A stretch of 64,000 nt of DNA from the human T2T-CHM13v2.0 reference genome, Homo sapiens (GCF_009914755.1 NC_060930.1), one strand, 5' to 3'; counted from the stretch's first letter, positions 44,097-60,545 are shown. The notes: generated by a model not told the origin, from the sequence alone. Translations and numbers: made by a program.

Positions 44097-46275
44097 GGAA
44101 GTCCTAGCTAGAGCAATCAGACAAGAGAAAGAAATAGAGAGCATCCAAAATGGAAAGGAAGTCAAATTATCCTTGTTTGTATGATCTTATGTTTGGAAAA
44201 ACCTAAAGACTCCAACAAAAAAACTGTTAGAAGTGATAAACAAATTCAGTAAAGTTGCAGGATACAAAATCAACATACAAAAATCAGTAGCATTTCAATA
44301 TGCCAACATTGAAGAATCTGAAAAAGAAATCAAAAAGTAACCCCCTTTACAATAGCTACAAGGAAAATTAAATAACTAGTAATCAACTTAACAAAGACGT
44401 GAAAGAGCTCTACAATGAAAACTATAAAACATGGTGAAAGAAATCAAAGAGGACACACAAAAAGCGGAAGGATATTCCATGGTCATGGATTAGAAGAATA
44501 AATATTATTAAAATGTTCATACTACCCAAAGCAATTTACAGATTCAATTCAATCCCTATCAAAATACCAATGGCATTCTTTACATAAATAGAAAAAAGCA
44601 ATGCTAAAATTTATGTGAAACTACAAAAGACCCAGAATAGCTAAAGCTATCTTGAGCAAAAAGAGCAGAACTGAAACACTCACATTACATGACTTCAAAT
44701 TATACTACAGAGATATATTAATGAAAACAGCATAGTACTGGCATAAAAGCTGACACAGATCAATGAAACAGAATAGAGAACCCAGAAACAAATCCAAAGA
44801 ACTGCAATAAACCCATTTTTGACAAAGGTGCCAAAAACATACATTAGGGAAAGGACAGTCTCTTCAATAAATGTTGCTGGGAAAACCGGATATCCATATG
44901 TACAAGAATGAAACTAGACCCCTATCTCTTGCTATATAGAAAAATCAAATCAAAATAGATTAAAGACTTAAATCTAATACCTCAAACTATGAAACCACTA
45001 TAAGAAACATTGGGGAAATTCTCTAGGACATTGGACTGGCCAAAGATTTCTTGAGATACCCTACAAGCACAAGCAACCAAAGCAAAAAATGGACACATAG
45101 GATCACATCAAGTTAAAAAGCTTCTGCACAACAAAGGAAACCATCAATAAAGTGAAGAGATAACCCACAGATTGGGAAAAAAAATACTTGAAAACCACCT
45201 GTCTAACAACGGATTAATAACTAGAATATACAAGGAGCTCAAACAATTCTATAGGGAAAAAATAATAATCTGATTCAAAAATTGGCAAAAAATCTGAATA
45301 GACCTCAAAAGAAGACATACAAATGGCTAACTGGTATAGGAAAAGGTGCTCAACATCACTGATCATTAGAGAAGTGCAAATCAAAACTACAGTGAGATAC
45401 CATCTCACCCCAGTAAAAATGGCTTTTATCCAAAGACAGCCAATAACAAATGTCGGGGAGGATGTGGAGAAAAGGGAACCCTTGTCCACTGTTGGTCGGA
45501 ATGTAAATTAGTACAGCCACTATGGAAAACAGTTTGGAGCCTCTTCAAAAAACTGAAAATAGAGCTACCATATGATCCAGGAATCCCACTGCTAGGGACC
45601 CCAAAAGAAAGGAAATTAGTATATTGAAGAGACATCTGCACTCCCATGTTTATTGCAACACTATTCACAATAGCCAAGATTTGGAAACAACCTATGTGTC
45701 CAAAAACAGATGAATGGATAAAGAAAAATGTGGTACATATACACAATGGAGTACTACTCAGCCATGAAAAGAAGGAGGTTCTGCCATTTGCAACAACATG
45801 GATGGAACCTTAGGTCATTACGTTAAGTGAAATAAGCCAGGCGCGGAAAGACAAAATTCACATGTTCTCACTTATTTGTGGATGCTGAATAGGAAAACAG
45901 TTGAACTTATGGAGATAGGTAGTGGAAGGATGGTTATCAGAGGCGTGAAAAGTTAATGGTGGCAATGAGGGTTAAATGGGGATGATTAAAGGGTACAACA
46001 ATAAAAAGAATGAATAAGATCTAGTATTTGATATCAATAAAAGGGTAACTATAGTCAATAACATTTAAAGATAACTAAAAGAGTATAACTGGAATGTTTG
46101 CAACACAAATGATAAATGCTTGAGGTGATGGATACCCCATTTACCCTGATATGATTATTATGCATTGTATGCCTGTATCCAAATATCTCATGTACCCCAT
46201 AAATATATACACCTACTATGAACCCACAACAATCAAAACTTTTTAAAAATTTAAATTAAAAATTAAAATTAAAAA
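44097..46275 (+). mobile_element. 5'-truncated L1MA2/3-like element
   Basis: ORF2 from [13 protein letters not shown] to 3'UTR gaggtgatggataccccatttaccctgat...cacctactatgaacccac; degenerate TSD ending ta(t/c)agct. Confidence 0.8.
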
Positions 46276-46458
46276 GCCCTACAGCTAACATGTTTAAACT
46301 AAGAAGCTTGATACTTGTCTCCTAAGATTGGGAACAAGGCAAGGATATTCCCTCTCACAACTCCTATTCGGCATCATATAGGAAATCCTACTTATTGCAA
46401 TAAGACAAGAAGAGGAAATAAAATGTAAATACAAACTGGGAAGAAAGAAAAAATACTG

Positions 46459-46777
46459 GGCTGGGCACAGTGGTTCACAACTATAATCCTTGCACTTTAG
46501 AAGGCCAGAACTGCAGGATTGCTTGAGGCCAGGAGTTCAAGATCAGCCTGGGCAACAAAGCTGGAACCCATCTCTTAAAAAAAAAAAAAAAAAAAAAAAA
46601 AAGTTAAAGTAGCTGAGTGAGGTAGCCCATGCCTATAGTCCCAGCTACTCAGGAGACTGAGGCAGGAGGATCACTTGAGCCCAGGAGTTGAGCTATGATC
46701 CTACTACTACACTCCAGCCTGGGTGACAGAGTGAGATCCTGTAAGAAAGAGAGAAAGAGAGAGAAAAGGGAGAAAGA
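46459..46777 (+). mobile_element. AluJ-like with expanded middle A tract (46577-46602) and GA-rich tail
   Basis: ggattgcttgaggccaggag and gatcacttgagcccaggag J-type motifs. Confidence 0.88.
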
Positions 46778-47148
46778 ACTGTCTTTATTTATATAGATGA
46801 CATGATTATCTATGCAGACAATCCCAAATAATTAATTTCTGGAACTTGTAAGTAATTATAAAAATATTGAAGAATACAAGGTTAATATGCAGAAATCAAT
46901 TGCTTTCCTATAACTACAGTAAAGAGTCAGAATTTGAAGTTTGAACAATACCATTTACAATAGCACCAAAAAATAAATACTTAGATAACATCTAATAAAA
47001 TATGCACAGGATCTATATGCAATAAACTATAAAACTCTCACAAAAGAAAGTAGATGTGAGTAAGTAGAACGATATTCTGTGTTCATGCATGGCAATACCC
47101 AATATTGTTAAGATACCAGTTCTTCTCCAGCTTAATCTATAGATTTAA

Positions 47149-47657
<509 letters not shown>

Positions 47658-48449
47658 TTTAATGTAAGCCTAACCAAAAATCCCAGTAAGTTATTTTGTA
47701 GATAGCAAAAACTGATTCTAAAGTTTATATTGAAAGTCAAAAGGCCCAGAACAGCCAGTGCAGTGTTGAAGAAGAACAAAGTAGGAGGACCGGCACTACC
47801 TGACTTCAAAACTTACTGTAAAGCTACAGTAATCAAGATATTGTGGAGTTGGAAAAAGAATAGACACATAGACCAATGGAACAAAATAAAGAGCTAGAAA
47901 TAGACTCTCACAAATGTAGGCAACTGATATTTGACAGAGGAGCAAAGGCAATTCAAGAGAGAAAGGACATCTTTTTAACAAATGGCACTGCAGCAATTGG
48001 AAGTCCATATGGTAAAAAGCTGAATCAAGTCATAAATCTTACACCTTTCACAAAATTTAACCCAAAATGGATCATAGACTTAAATGTAGAAGTTGACACT
48101 TATAAAAATTCTAGAAGAAAATATAAGGAATTTGAATTTGACATAGAATTTTTAGATACAACACCAAAGGCATGAGAAAACAATAATAATCCACTTGACT
48201 CAGCCATGAGCAAAGGTTACATAATCATAATAATCATAAATACTGAGTACTGATTTAGTTTCTCAAAATATGATAAAACTAAACTTAGTTGATAACAGAT
48301 AGGGGAAAAAAAGAGGGGAGAGATTGTAAGAGGACTGAAGCCATATCTTTTATTTTAGGAAATCAGATGATAATACATAAAACTGATAAATCAAGAAATA
48401 GCAGTATATAGATATTGTTAAGACATAGGGGTATAAAACCCAGAAAGAG

Positions 48450-48730
48450 GTTGACATCAGCAGCATGGCAGAATAGGAGGTCTCCAGCCTTGGCCATTAC
48501 CCCCAAAAAAACACTGATTAAGCAACTATTCATGAAGAAGAATGCCTTTGTGAGATTTAGGGAACCCAAGAAAAAGGTTGCAGCACACCAATGGTGCAAA
48601 ATATCTGAGAAAAGCTGCATTTAAAAGGATAAAATGAGTAGTTTCCCTCTATCAGATTTACACTTCCCCTAAGCTACCACAGCACAGTACCAAGAAAGAT
48701 CCCCTTTGCCCACAATTTCTCCCATAGGGA
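48450..48730 (+). mobile_element. 5'UTR start of an old L1M element
   Basis: gacatcagcagcatggcagaataggaggtctccagc resembles L1M 5' termini. Confidence 0.55.
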
Positions 48731-48732
48731 GT

Positions 48733-51700
48733 TTCACTTATGAAACTTAGTTTCACTGGAAACAAAATTTTTGACTGATAATTGTTTTGTTTAAGGAGGC
48801 CAAAGATAGGACACCAATCCCTTCTAGCTTGTAAGGTTTCTGCTGAGAAATCTGCTGTTAATCTGTTACAGCAAAAGGGGATACAGCAAAAGCAGTGCTA
48901 AGAGGAAAGTTCATAGTATTAAATGCCTACATCAAAAGCTCTGAATGAGCACAAAGAGACAATCTAAGACCACACCTCAAAGAACTAGAGAAAGAAGAAC
49001 AAACCAACCCAAACCCGGCACAAGAAAAGAAGTAACCAAGATCAGAGCTGAACTAAATGAAATTGAAACAAACAAAGAAAAAAAATACAAAAGATAAATG
49101 AAACAAAAAGCTGTTTCCTTGAAAAGATAGATAAAATTGATATACCATTAGCGAGATTAACCAAGAAAAGAATAGGGAAGATCCAAATAAGCTCAATTAG
49201 AAAAGAAACGGGAGATATTACAACTGATACCACAGAAATACAAGAGTTCATTCAAGGCCACTATGAATACCGTTATGCACACAAACTAGAAAACCTAGAG
49301 GAGATGAATAAATTTCTGGAAATATACAACCCTCCTAGATTAAACCAGGAAGAAATATAAATGCTGAACAGACCAGTAACAAGCAGTGAGACTGAAATGG
49401 TAATTTTTAAATTGCCAACAAAAAAAAAAATCCAGGACCAGTTGGATTCACAGCTGAATTCTATCAGACATTCAAAGAAGAATTGGTACCATTCCTATTG
49501 ACACTATTCAAAAAAGTAGAGAAAGAGGGAGTCCTCCCTAAGTCATTCTATGAAGCCAGTATCACCCTAATACCAAAACGAGGAAAGGACATAACAACAA
49601 AAAAAGAAAACTACAGACCAATATCCCTGATGAACTTAGAAGCAAAAATCCTCAACTAGCTAACCGAATCCAACACCATATGAAAAAGATAATCCACCAT
49701 GATCAAGTGTGTTTTATACCAGAGATGCAGGGATGGTTTAACATACACATATCAGTAAATGTGGTACCCCACATAAACAGAATTAAAAACAAAAATCACA
49801 TGATCATCTCAATAGATGAAGAAAAAGCAGTTGACAAAATCCAGCATCCCTTTATTATTAAAACCCTCAGCAAAATTGGCATTGAAGGGGCATACCTTAA
49901 TGTAATAAAGCCATCTACGACAAACCCACAGCCAACATAATACCAAACAGGGAAAAGTTGAAAGCATTCCCTCTGAGAACTGGAACAAGACAAGGATGCC
50001 CACTCTCACCACTTTTAGTCAACATAATACTGGAAGTCCTAGCAAGAGCAATCAGAAATAAAGGGCATCCAAATTGGTATAGAGGAAGTCAAACTGTCAC
50101 TGTTTGCTGATGATATGATTGTATACCTAGAAAACCTTAACGACTCCTCCAGAAAGCTCCTAGAACTAATAAATGAATTCAGCAAAGTTTCAGGATACAA
50201 AATCAATCTACACAAATCAGTAGCTTTTCTATACACCAACAGTGACCAAGCTGAGAATCAAATCAAGAACTCAACCCATTTTACAGTAGCTGCAAAAAAT
50301 AAAATAAAATACTTAGAAATATAACTAATCAAGGAGGTGAAAGACATCTACAAGGAAAACTCCAAAACACTGCTGAAAGAAATTATAGACTACACAAACA
50401 AATGGAAACACATCCCATGCTCATGGATAGGTAGAATCAATATCGTGAAAATGACCATACTGCCAAAAGCAATCTATAAATTCAAGGCAATTTCCATCAA
50501 AATACCACCATCATTATTCACAGAATTAGAAAAAACAATCCTAAAATTCATATGAAACCAAAAAAATGCAAGACTAAGCGAAAAGAACAAATCTGGAGGC
50601 ATCACATTACCAGACTTCAAACTATACTGTAAGGCCATAGTCACCAAAACGGCATGGTACTGGTATAAAAATAGGCACATAGACCAATGGAACAGAATGG
50701 AGATCCCAGAAATAAAGCCAAATACTTACAGCCACTGATCTTCGATAAAGCAAACAAAAACACAAAGTGGGGAAAGAACACTCTATTCCACAAATGGTGC
50801 TGGGAGAATTGGCAAGCCACATGTAGAAGAATGAAACTGGATCCTCATCTTTCACCTTATACAGAAATCAACTCAAGATGGATCAAAGACTTAAATCCAA
50901 GACCTAAAACCATAAAAATTTTAGAAGATAACATCAAAAAAATCCTTCTAGATATTAGCTTAGGCAAAGACTTCATCACCAAGAACCCAAAAGCAAATGC
51001 AATGAAAACAAAGATAAATAGATGAAACTTAAACTGAAAAGCTTCTGTACAGGAAAAGAAACAATCAGCAGAGTAAACAGACAACCCACAGAGCGGGAGA
51101 AAATCTTCACAATCTGTACATCCAACAAAGGACCAATATCCAGAATCTACAAGAAACTCAAAGAAATCAGCAAGGAAAAAAAAAAATCCCATTAAAAAGT
51201 GGGCTAAGGACATAAATAGACAATGTTCAAATGAAGATATACAAATGGCCGACAAATACATGAAAAAATGCTCAACATCACTAATGATCAGGGAAATGAA
51301 AATCAAAACCAAATGTGATACCACCTTACTCCTGCAAGAATGGCCTTAATCAAAAAATAAAAAATAATAGATGTTGGCCTGGATGTGGGGAAAAGGGAAC
51401 ATTTTTACACTGCTGATGGGAATGTAAACTAGTACAACCACTATGGAAAACAGTGTGGAGATTCTTTAAAGAACTAAAAGTAGATCTACCATTTGATCCA
51501 GCAGTCCCACTACTGGGTATCTACCCAGAGGAAAATAAGTCATTATATGAAAAAGACACTTGCACATACATGTTCATAGCAGCACAATTCACAACTGCAA
51601 AAATATGGAACAAGCCCAAATGCCCATCAATCAACAAGTGGATAAAGAAAATTTGGTATGTATACACCACGGAATACTACTCAGCCATAAAAAGGAATGA

Positions 51701-52037
51701 AATAATGGCATTCGCAGCAACTTGGATGGAATGGTAGACCATTATTCTAAGTGAAGTAACTCAGGAATGGAAAACCAAACATCATATGTTCTCACTGATA
51801 AGTGGGAGCTAAGCTATGACGACACAAAGGCATAAGAATGATACAGTGGACTATGGGGACTCCAGGGAGAGTGGTAGGGGAGTAAGGAATAAAAAACTAC
51901 ACGTTGGGTACAATGTACACAGCTCTGGTGATGGGTGCAACAAAATCTTAGAAATCACCACAAAAGAACTTATCCATGTAATCAAACACCACCTGTTCCT
52001 CAAAAACTATTGAAATGAAACATAATAATTTTTAAAA
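48733..52037 (+). mobile_element. L1PB1-like element with 5' inversion
   Basis: 48733-48865 is an ORF1 C-terminal piece on -. 48878-52037 is ORF2 and 3'UTR on +, ending cacctgttcctcaaaaactattgaaat. Confidence 0.85.
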
Positions 52038-52039
52038 GA

Positions 52040-53700
<1,661 letters not shown>

Positions 53701-53708
53701 ATGAATTA

Positions 53709-53990
53709 GGCCAGGCAAAGTGGCTCACACCTGTAATCCCAGCACTTTGGGAGGCCAAGGCGGGTGATCACTTGAGGCCAGGAGTTCAAGACCAGCCTGG
53801 CCAACATGGCGAAACCCCATCTCTACTAAAAATACAAAAATTAGCCAGGTGTGGTTGCACGCACCTGTAATCCCAGCTACTCAGGAGTCTGAGGCAGAGA
53901 ATCTCTTGAACCTGGGAGGCAAAGGTTGCAGTGAGCCGAGGTCACTTGTCCAGCCTGGGCGACAAGAGGAAGACTGTATAAAAAAAAAAT
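53709..53990 (+). mobile_element. AluS (Sz/Sx-like)
   Basis: Full dimer with a small right-arm deletion and A tail. Confidence 0.93.
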
Positions 53991-55571
53991 TAAAATGAAA
54001 TGAAATGAAATCTAGAAGGAACCGCTGAAAGGGTTGAATGTGGCTTCCTCTGGGGCAGAACAGGGCATGAAGAGGAAACTAAAGGGCAGTTGGTGGGGCA
54101 GGGAGTTTCTGCTTTTTTAATATAAACATTTTAGAACTTTTGATGGTTTCATTCTGATAAACATTAAAAAGGAACACTACAACACAACTGGGAAAAAAAC
54201 CTGACACCACCACCCTTCCCTTGCTTAGTGAGGGTGTGATACTGTGGTGTCATCTAATGTCTGTGTTGCTGATAGACTGGGAGCTCTGTCACAGGGCAGG
54301 GACCACATCTACTTCATAGACTGCTGTATTCACAGGTCTGACACCTTCTAGGCGCCAATACGTATTTGTTGAATGAAAAAAATATATAAGAAACATTTCA
54401 CAGTGGTAGAAGCAGCACCCAGAGGACAGATGTGACAAATGATACAGAGATAGCCTTACTACAGTTTGACATCAGGCACTGGCATAGAGCAGGAACTCAG
54501 AAAGGTCTGGAAATTTGCTCTTTATTAAAGGAGGTTGGTGATGAGAGAGAGAGGTTGGTAGTCCAAGGAGGTAGCGAGATCAAGGAAGACATTATCATGG
54601 CTGGGATATCAGGACATTGTTTGCAGTACCAAAAATAAGCATCTAGTGGAGGGAGGGATATAAGCGATGCCAGAGAGAGACACTGAAGATAATTTCTGCA
54701 AAATATGGAAAATTATGATTTTCTGTTGTGGAATTTCAGATGTTCTTCCTCCTCCCCCTCCAGAGCTAGCAGTTCTGCCGTGTTTTGATGATTGCTTGGG
54801 CCGTTACAGTGCCTTGCTAACCACACTCCCTACCTCCCTTCTGAAAGAACACATGTTCCCTACAATGTTCGATGTCTCTACTTAATGTTTGGCATCTATG
54901 TGCCTTGAGAAGCTCCAAATGATTCCAGTTAAGCAAAACAGGTCATGAATGTTATTCAGGGGAATTCAAATTGAATTCTCTCCAGGGTAACATCACCATA
55001 AAACCAGGTAGACTTTAGAAAGTGGGACTGCATGGAAGCACATCACTTAAAATCACTGTAGACGTGTGCCAGGAAATGTGTTGGAGGAAAATGTTCTGAA
55101 GGAGATTATTGGCCTCCTTTATGGATTAATCACTCTGATATTTGTGATTTAGAATCAGGAAGAAAGCACATTACCTCATTACAGGAATTCATTCTGGGAG
55201 GCATTCACAATTTGCCTCTTTCTCCAGGGATGGGCGGAGGGACTTGTAACCTTGAAAACATTCTTGCATGTGAGAAGTACAGAAAAATATTATATATTTC
55301 TGCATAAGGAGAAGCAGTAGAAAGTTTTTGTTTGTTCTGTTTGCTTTTTTTTAATCTAACATAAATTGACTATGCCAAAAACTACATTATCTGATGACCA
55401 CGTCTCTAAGGTAGGCTGTATGGTTTATAGCACTTTACCAAAAGGGAAACTGAGGCTCAATGAAGTTAAATAGTATCCAAGGTGAACTAACAAATTTGTG
55501 GATGAGCTCAGAGTTGATCCCAAATATACGTAGGCAGGACCAGTTAATCGTTGATCTCATAACTACGTAGG

Positions 55572-55748
55572 CGGGACCAGTTAAATTTGTGATGCCCAGT
55601 GCAAAATAAAAATGCAGAGCCCCTTGTTCAAAAATGATGTAAGACTTTCAAGATGGTGACAGCATATCCTTAAACCAAGTGTGATCCCCTTCTGAGCACA
55701 ACACCCTGTGTGACTGCACAGGATACAAATGCATAAGCCTGCCCCATG
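55572..55748 (-). mobile_element. MER45A (hAT-Tip100)
   Basis: gcccagtgcaaaataaaaatgcagagccccttgttcaaaaat...ccttctgagcac...gtgactgcacagg matches the recalled MER45A reverse complement. Confidence 0.75.
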
Positions 55749-57499
55749 TATAGATACCTCCCAGATTCTGTACATTTGGGCTAGCTCCACTGAAAAAAAA
55801 TTGGGACAGCTTTGATGAATATTAAACTATGATTATACCTTAAAATATTGTCTTGAAAAATACTGTAAACCCACTGTATATCAAAAATGGACTTCTACAA
55901 TGATATTTGTACCTGAGTTAGAGATGATTTCAATATTATTTCAGATTGGCTCCTTCTATTTGAAATTGATGCATTAATTTTTTGGCTTTACCATACACTT
56001 TACTAAGGAGACCATTTTGAGCCCTGTTTCCATCTAAGCTGATGTCCTTTGTCCTATTCCTGGGACCTACAGGCTGTTCATCAGGAATCTTGGCAGACCC
56101 CCACACACACTGTGAGCCCCTCACAGCCACGCAATCCCCACTGCTGCTCACCCCACCTGACACAGAGTGAAGACTCAAGAAACATTCATTGAATAAATGA
56201 ATGAGTGCATGAACTCTAGGAAACTGCAGCAGAATTTCAGATTTTCAAAAATGGAGCAAGAAGCAGTCTCCATGCAATCAATACTCAGGCAATGGTCCAA
56301 GGGACCTTTAGAATGGTTCTAAAATTAGACCATTAGGTCTCAAGAGAGGGCCAGGTCTAAAATCAGCATTTGAGCCAAAAGTCAAACCTGTCCTTGAAAA
56401 GTCCTTCAGGAGCTTCAGGTTGGAGGTACCATGAGAGGCTCACAGAAACCTACTGGGTGAGAAGCTGATGCACATCCCATATCTTATCCCACCCTGGGGC
56501 ACATGCTCATTGCCTGCCAAGCCATGCAGTAAATTCCAGTAGGTTAAATGCACATGTGATGTAACTGTTTCTTAAGAGGTAAGTCAGTGCCTTCTCTGAA
56601 GGAAGTGTTTATTACTTTATGTCTGCAGCATTTCTTCCCCCTTCTCAGGGGAAGTTGTAAAATTCTGAACTCTGCGTTTTATAAGACACTTAGTCTTGCG
56701 TTAAAACTTCACCCAAAGTGATTTATCTTGCATCTTGCAACATTTCTGTATCTCACACATTTTCTATAATGAGCATGAATTACTTTTATAGTCAGTGGGA
56801 AAAAAACTTTACAGGGAGATTTTATACTTAGATCATTTTTTTGTTCTGAGCAAAACATTAAAAGAAAAGCTTTCCAGAGCCCTGTCCCCATCCATCACCA
56901 TCTAGCCTTCAGAGCAGTACAGGAGCTTGGCATCCAGGCTGAACACTAAACTGCTGAAATGTGTATCTCAGATTCTCCACTTACTTAATCTGTCTAGGCC
57001 TCAGTGTCCTTATCTGTAAAATGGTACTAATACAATACCTTCTCCAAAGAGCTGCTCATATAAAGCCTTTAGCACATGTGCATTCAGTGTGGTTAGCTAA
57101 TTAGCTCTTATTGCATATGAGTCTGTGTCTTCAGTGCTAATAGCCTAGATCTCAAGCAACCTAATTCCTTATCTAAATGTGAATGATAGAGCAAGTTTTT
57201 AAATCCTCTTTAAAGTAATCTCAAAAATAGAAAGGTGACATAGCTAGAAGAGTAAAGGATGATATATCGACCTCACTGCGCCCTCAAGGGCTCCAGTGAC
57301 CACCCCAACTCATGACAGAATAGGATGAAATTTGGCCATGTAGCAAAAAGAGCTACTGAGCTTGACAATGTCATTTTTTCAACTGACTATATATCATTTA
57401 TACCCAGTCAACATCCAAAGTAGATTCGAATGTTGTACATACCACTTGGAATCTGAAAATGCTTTCCCTTCCACTTTATTGGTGGCAAACCAGTTTTCT

Positions 57500-58830
57500 A
57501 ATAATTCTCTATGAAGACCCTGTGCTAATAGATGCTGTCTACCTTTGAACCACTTGTCCCTTGGCTTTACAACATCACACTTTTCTATTTTGCTTCCCTG
57601 TTACTAGCCCATCTTTCTTGATCTCCTTTTTAGGCTCATCATCCTTGACCTTATCCCTTAAATCTTAACCTTTTCCAAGGCCCTTTCATGGGCCCACTTC
57701 CTTCAGACCCTGTACTCTTCCTGGGTCTCAGTCTGTCCTGATAGTTTCAACCACAATCTTCTTTTGCCAATGAACTTGATACCTGTATTGCCAAATCAGT
57801 CCTTTCTTCAAAGTCCAAATCCATAGAACTGACTGCCTTCAGAACATCTCCACTTGGATATTTTACAGGTACCTCAAACTCAACATGTCCAGACTGAACT
57901 CATCATCCCTTCAAACAGGCTCCCTTACAGCATTCCCTCTCTCAGGAAATGGCAGCTGTTTCCACCCTGCTAATCAAGCCAGGAATCTGTGATTAATCCT
58001 TAACTCATCTCAGTTTCCTCATTGCCTAAATCTAATCAATCACCATGTTGTCTTAACTATATTTGTTAAATCAGTGCCTGTCAAATTTCTTTTACAGGTA
58101 TACACACATAACTGAAATAGAAGTTTCACAAAATAATTCTTATCATCATTATATGCAAGGCCCTGTAATATTTTCTCCTCTGTTCACTTCTGTTACTGTT
58201 TTAAAATGCTAGTAACAGTGAGTTACTGACAAATGTTTAACAACCAGCTAGGTCTTCTGGAGGCAAGGGAGGGAATACCTGATGTGTAACATTTGCCCAT
58301 ATCCTTGGTGTGACTATTCCCACCATGGCTGAATTCAAGCTACTGACCAACCAGCTTGCAAACCACCTAAAGATTTAACAACCAGCTCTCATGACAATCT
58401 CCAGCACGCCACACTCATGACTCAACAGTTTGATAGACACTGGTCTAAGTGTTCTTAAATCTTTCAGCTAATTTTCATTGCCAATGCTATTGTTCCTCTC
58501 CTAGCCACTACCATTTCTGATACAATTGGTTCAGCTCAATCTGATCTATTTCAGATTTATTTATTTTCAAAGACTTTATATTTGCACACTAGGACGGAGT
58601 CTACAATTCTTACCATGGCTTAAAAATCAACCCATGGTTTGGCACCTGCCTGCTCCTTCTGCCCTCTCTTCCTTGATCACAACAAAAGTGTTCTCTTCTT
58701 GAACTTCTGGGAGCGTTCTCTTGTTCTCAGTTCTTTAGACATGCCTTTTTTTGGCTAGAAAGTTCTTTCCTCCCATCTTTACTCAATGAATTCTTATCCT
58801 TTCTATCACAGTTTAAATGCTACTTTATTC
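57500..58830 (+). mobile_element. L2 with nested hAT relics (Charlie-like ~58071-58442 containing MER63-like ~58214-58412)
   Basis: L2 catctccacttggatattttacaggtacctcaaactcaacatgtcc. Inverted ends cagtgcctgtcaaa / tttgatagacactg. Inner tttaacaaccagct...ccagcacgccac. Confidence 0.6.
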
Positions 58831-60545
58831 ATTCATTCATTCTTCTAGTGTGTGACAGGCATTCTGATAAGTGCTGAGGATCCAAGGAGAGGTAAAAATA
58901 AACAGTCCCTCACCCCACCGAACTTACACTGTAGAGGGGGAGAAACATATTATTTAAATAAAGATATTCAAATTTAAGTATGAATAAAAGAGCTTTAAAA
59001 ATGAATGAGAGCCCTAGTTCTATAAGAACTTATAAAAATCTGTCCTAATCTGATGGATCAGGGGAGACTTTCCCGGAGTAAGTGATAATTGATCAGTTGT
59101 ACCAGTTGAGCTAATATAGAAAAGATACATATAACCTAATTATTCTAAGTGGTGGCTAACTAACAGTACAGGCAGAAAGAAGAATATGTGAAAACCCACA
59201 TTGCAGGAGGGAACATGACAAGATCAAGGAACCAAATGAAAGCCAGTGTGACAGGAATGCAAAGAGGAACAGGAGCAAGATATGGGATGGGGCCAAAGAG
59301 ACCGATAGAAGCCACTCTATGAAGAGCACTCTAGACTTTGTTGAAACTTTGGGTCTCTAACAAAAAATCAGTGGGAGGCCTTTGACATGTTGAAAGCAGG
59401 GATATGGTGTGTTCATACTTCTGGTTTGGAAAGATCACTCTGGCAGCAGTGAGGATGACATGGAAGGAGGAAAAAATAGATGTAGAGACAAATTAGAAAC
59501 TATCACAGTCCTCTAGACAGAAATGCTTCTAACACAAATTAAGATGCTGGTGATGCACATGGGAAAAATCAACATATTAGAGAGATGTAAGGGGTAACCT
59601 TGATAAGACAAGCTAATGGATTGGACAATCGCTACACTCTTCCTTTCCAACTTGGGCCTGGCAGAATGGTTCTCACAAAGAAGGATGGCAAGACAAAAAG
59701 GGCCACTCTGCCATCAACAAGGTGGTGACCTCGTTGATGATACACCATCAACATTCACAAGCGCGTCCATGGAGTGGGCTTCAAGAAGTCTGCCCCTTGG
59801 GCACTCAAAGAGATCTGGAAATTTGCCACGAAGGAGATGGGAACTCCAGATTTGCGCATTGATACCAGGCCCAACAAAACTGTCTGGGCCAAAGGAATAA
59901 GGAATGTCCCATACTGTAACCATGTGTGGTTGTCCAGAAAATATTCTGAGGATGAAGATTCACCAAATAAGCTCTATACTTCAGTTACCTATGTACCTGT
60001 TACCACTTTCAAAAATCTGCAGATAGTCAATGTGGATGAGAACTAACTGCTGATTGTCAAATACATCAAATAAAGTTATAAAATTGTAAAAAAAAAAAAA
60101 AGATAATGGATTAACTAAATGTGATGAAAGAGAGGGAAGTATCAAAGATGACTTGCAATGTTTGAGTTACAAAACTGAATGAATGATAGTACTATTTGCA
60201 GAAATAAGAAATACTGGAGGTTTGGGGAGAAAGAACATGATTTTGTCTTTAGATATATTGAGTTTGAGGTATCTTTAAGATGGGCAAAATGAGATGTCTT
60301 AAGAACAGTTTGATAAACTGCCTAGAATAGAGGAGAGATCTGGGTTAGGATATAAGTTTGTAAAATACCTGTGTATAAGTAGTGAACATGATGCCATAGC
60401 CATGAATGAACTCATCAACTGAGAATGCATAAGAGAAAACAGTTTGGAAACCAAGATTTAAGCAAATCCAAAAATTAGTGGTAGGGTAGTGAAGGGTGCA
60501 CTGACAAAGGGAAGAGGAACAGCCAAGTGGTAGGAGGAAAACCAA
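58825..60545 (-). mobile_element. L2 interrupted by the RPL31 retrocopy
   Basis: (attc)n tail at 58827-58841, gaaagatcactctggcagcagtg, and tttagatatattgagtttgaggt. Confidence 0.7.
59637..60101 (+). pseudogene. Processed pseudogene of ribosomal protein L31
   Basis: 5'TOP ctcttcctttcc, ATG at 59666 and a frameshifted N-terminus. [31 protein letters not shown]...[11 protein letters not shown] (stop 60044-60046) matches RPL31. AATAAA 60069-60074, poly(A) 60088-60101, degenerate TSD aag(c/a)taatggatt at 59610-59622 and 60100-60112. Confidence 0.96.
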
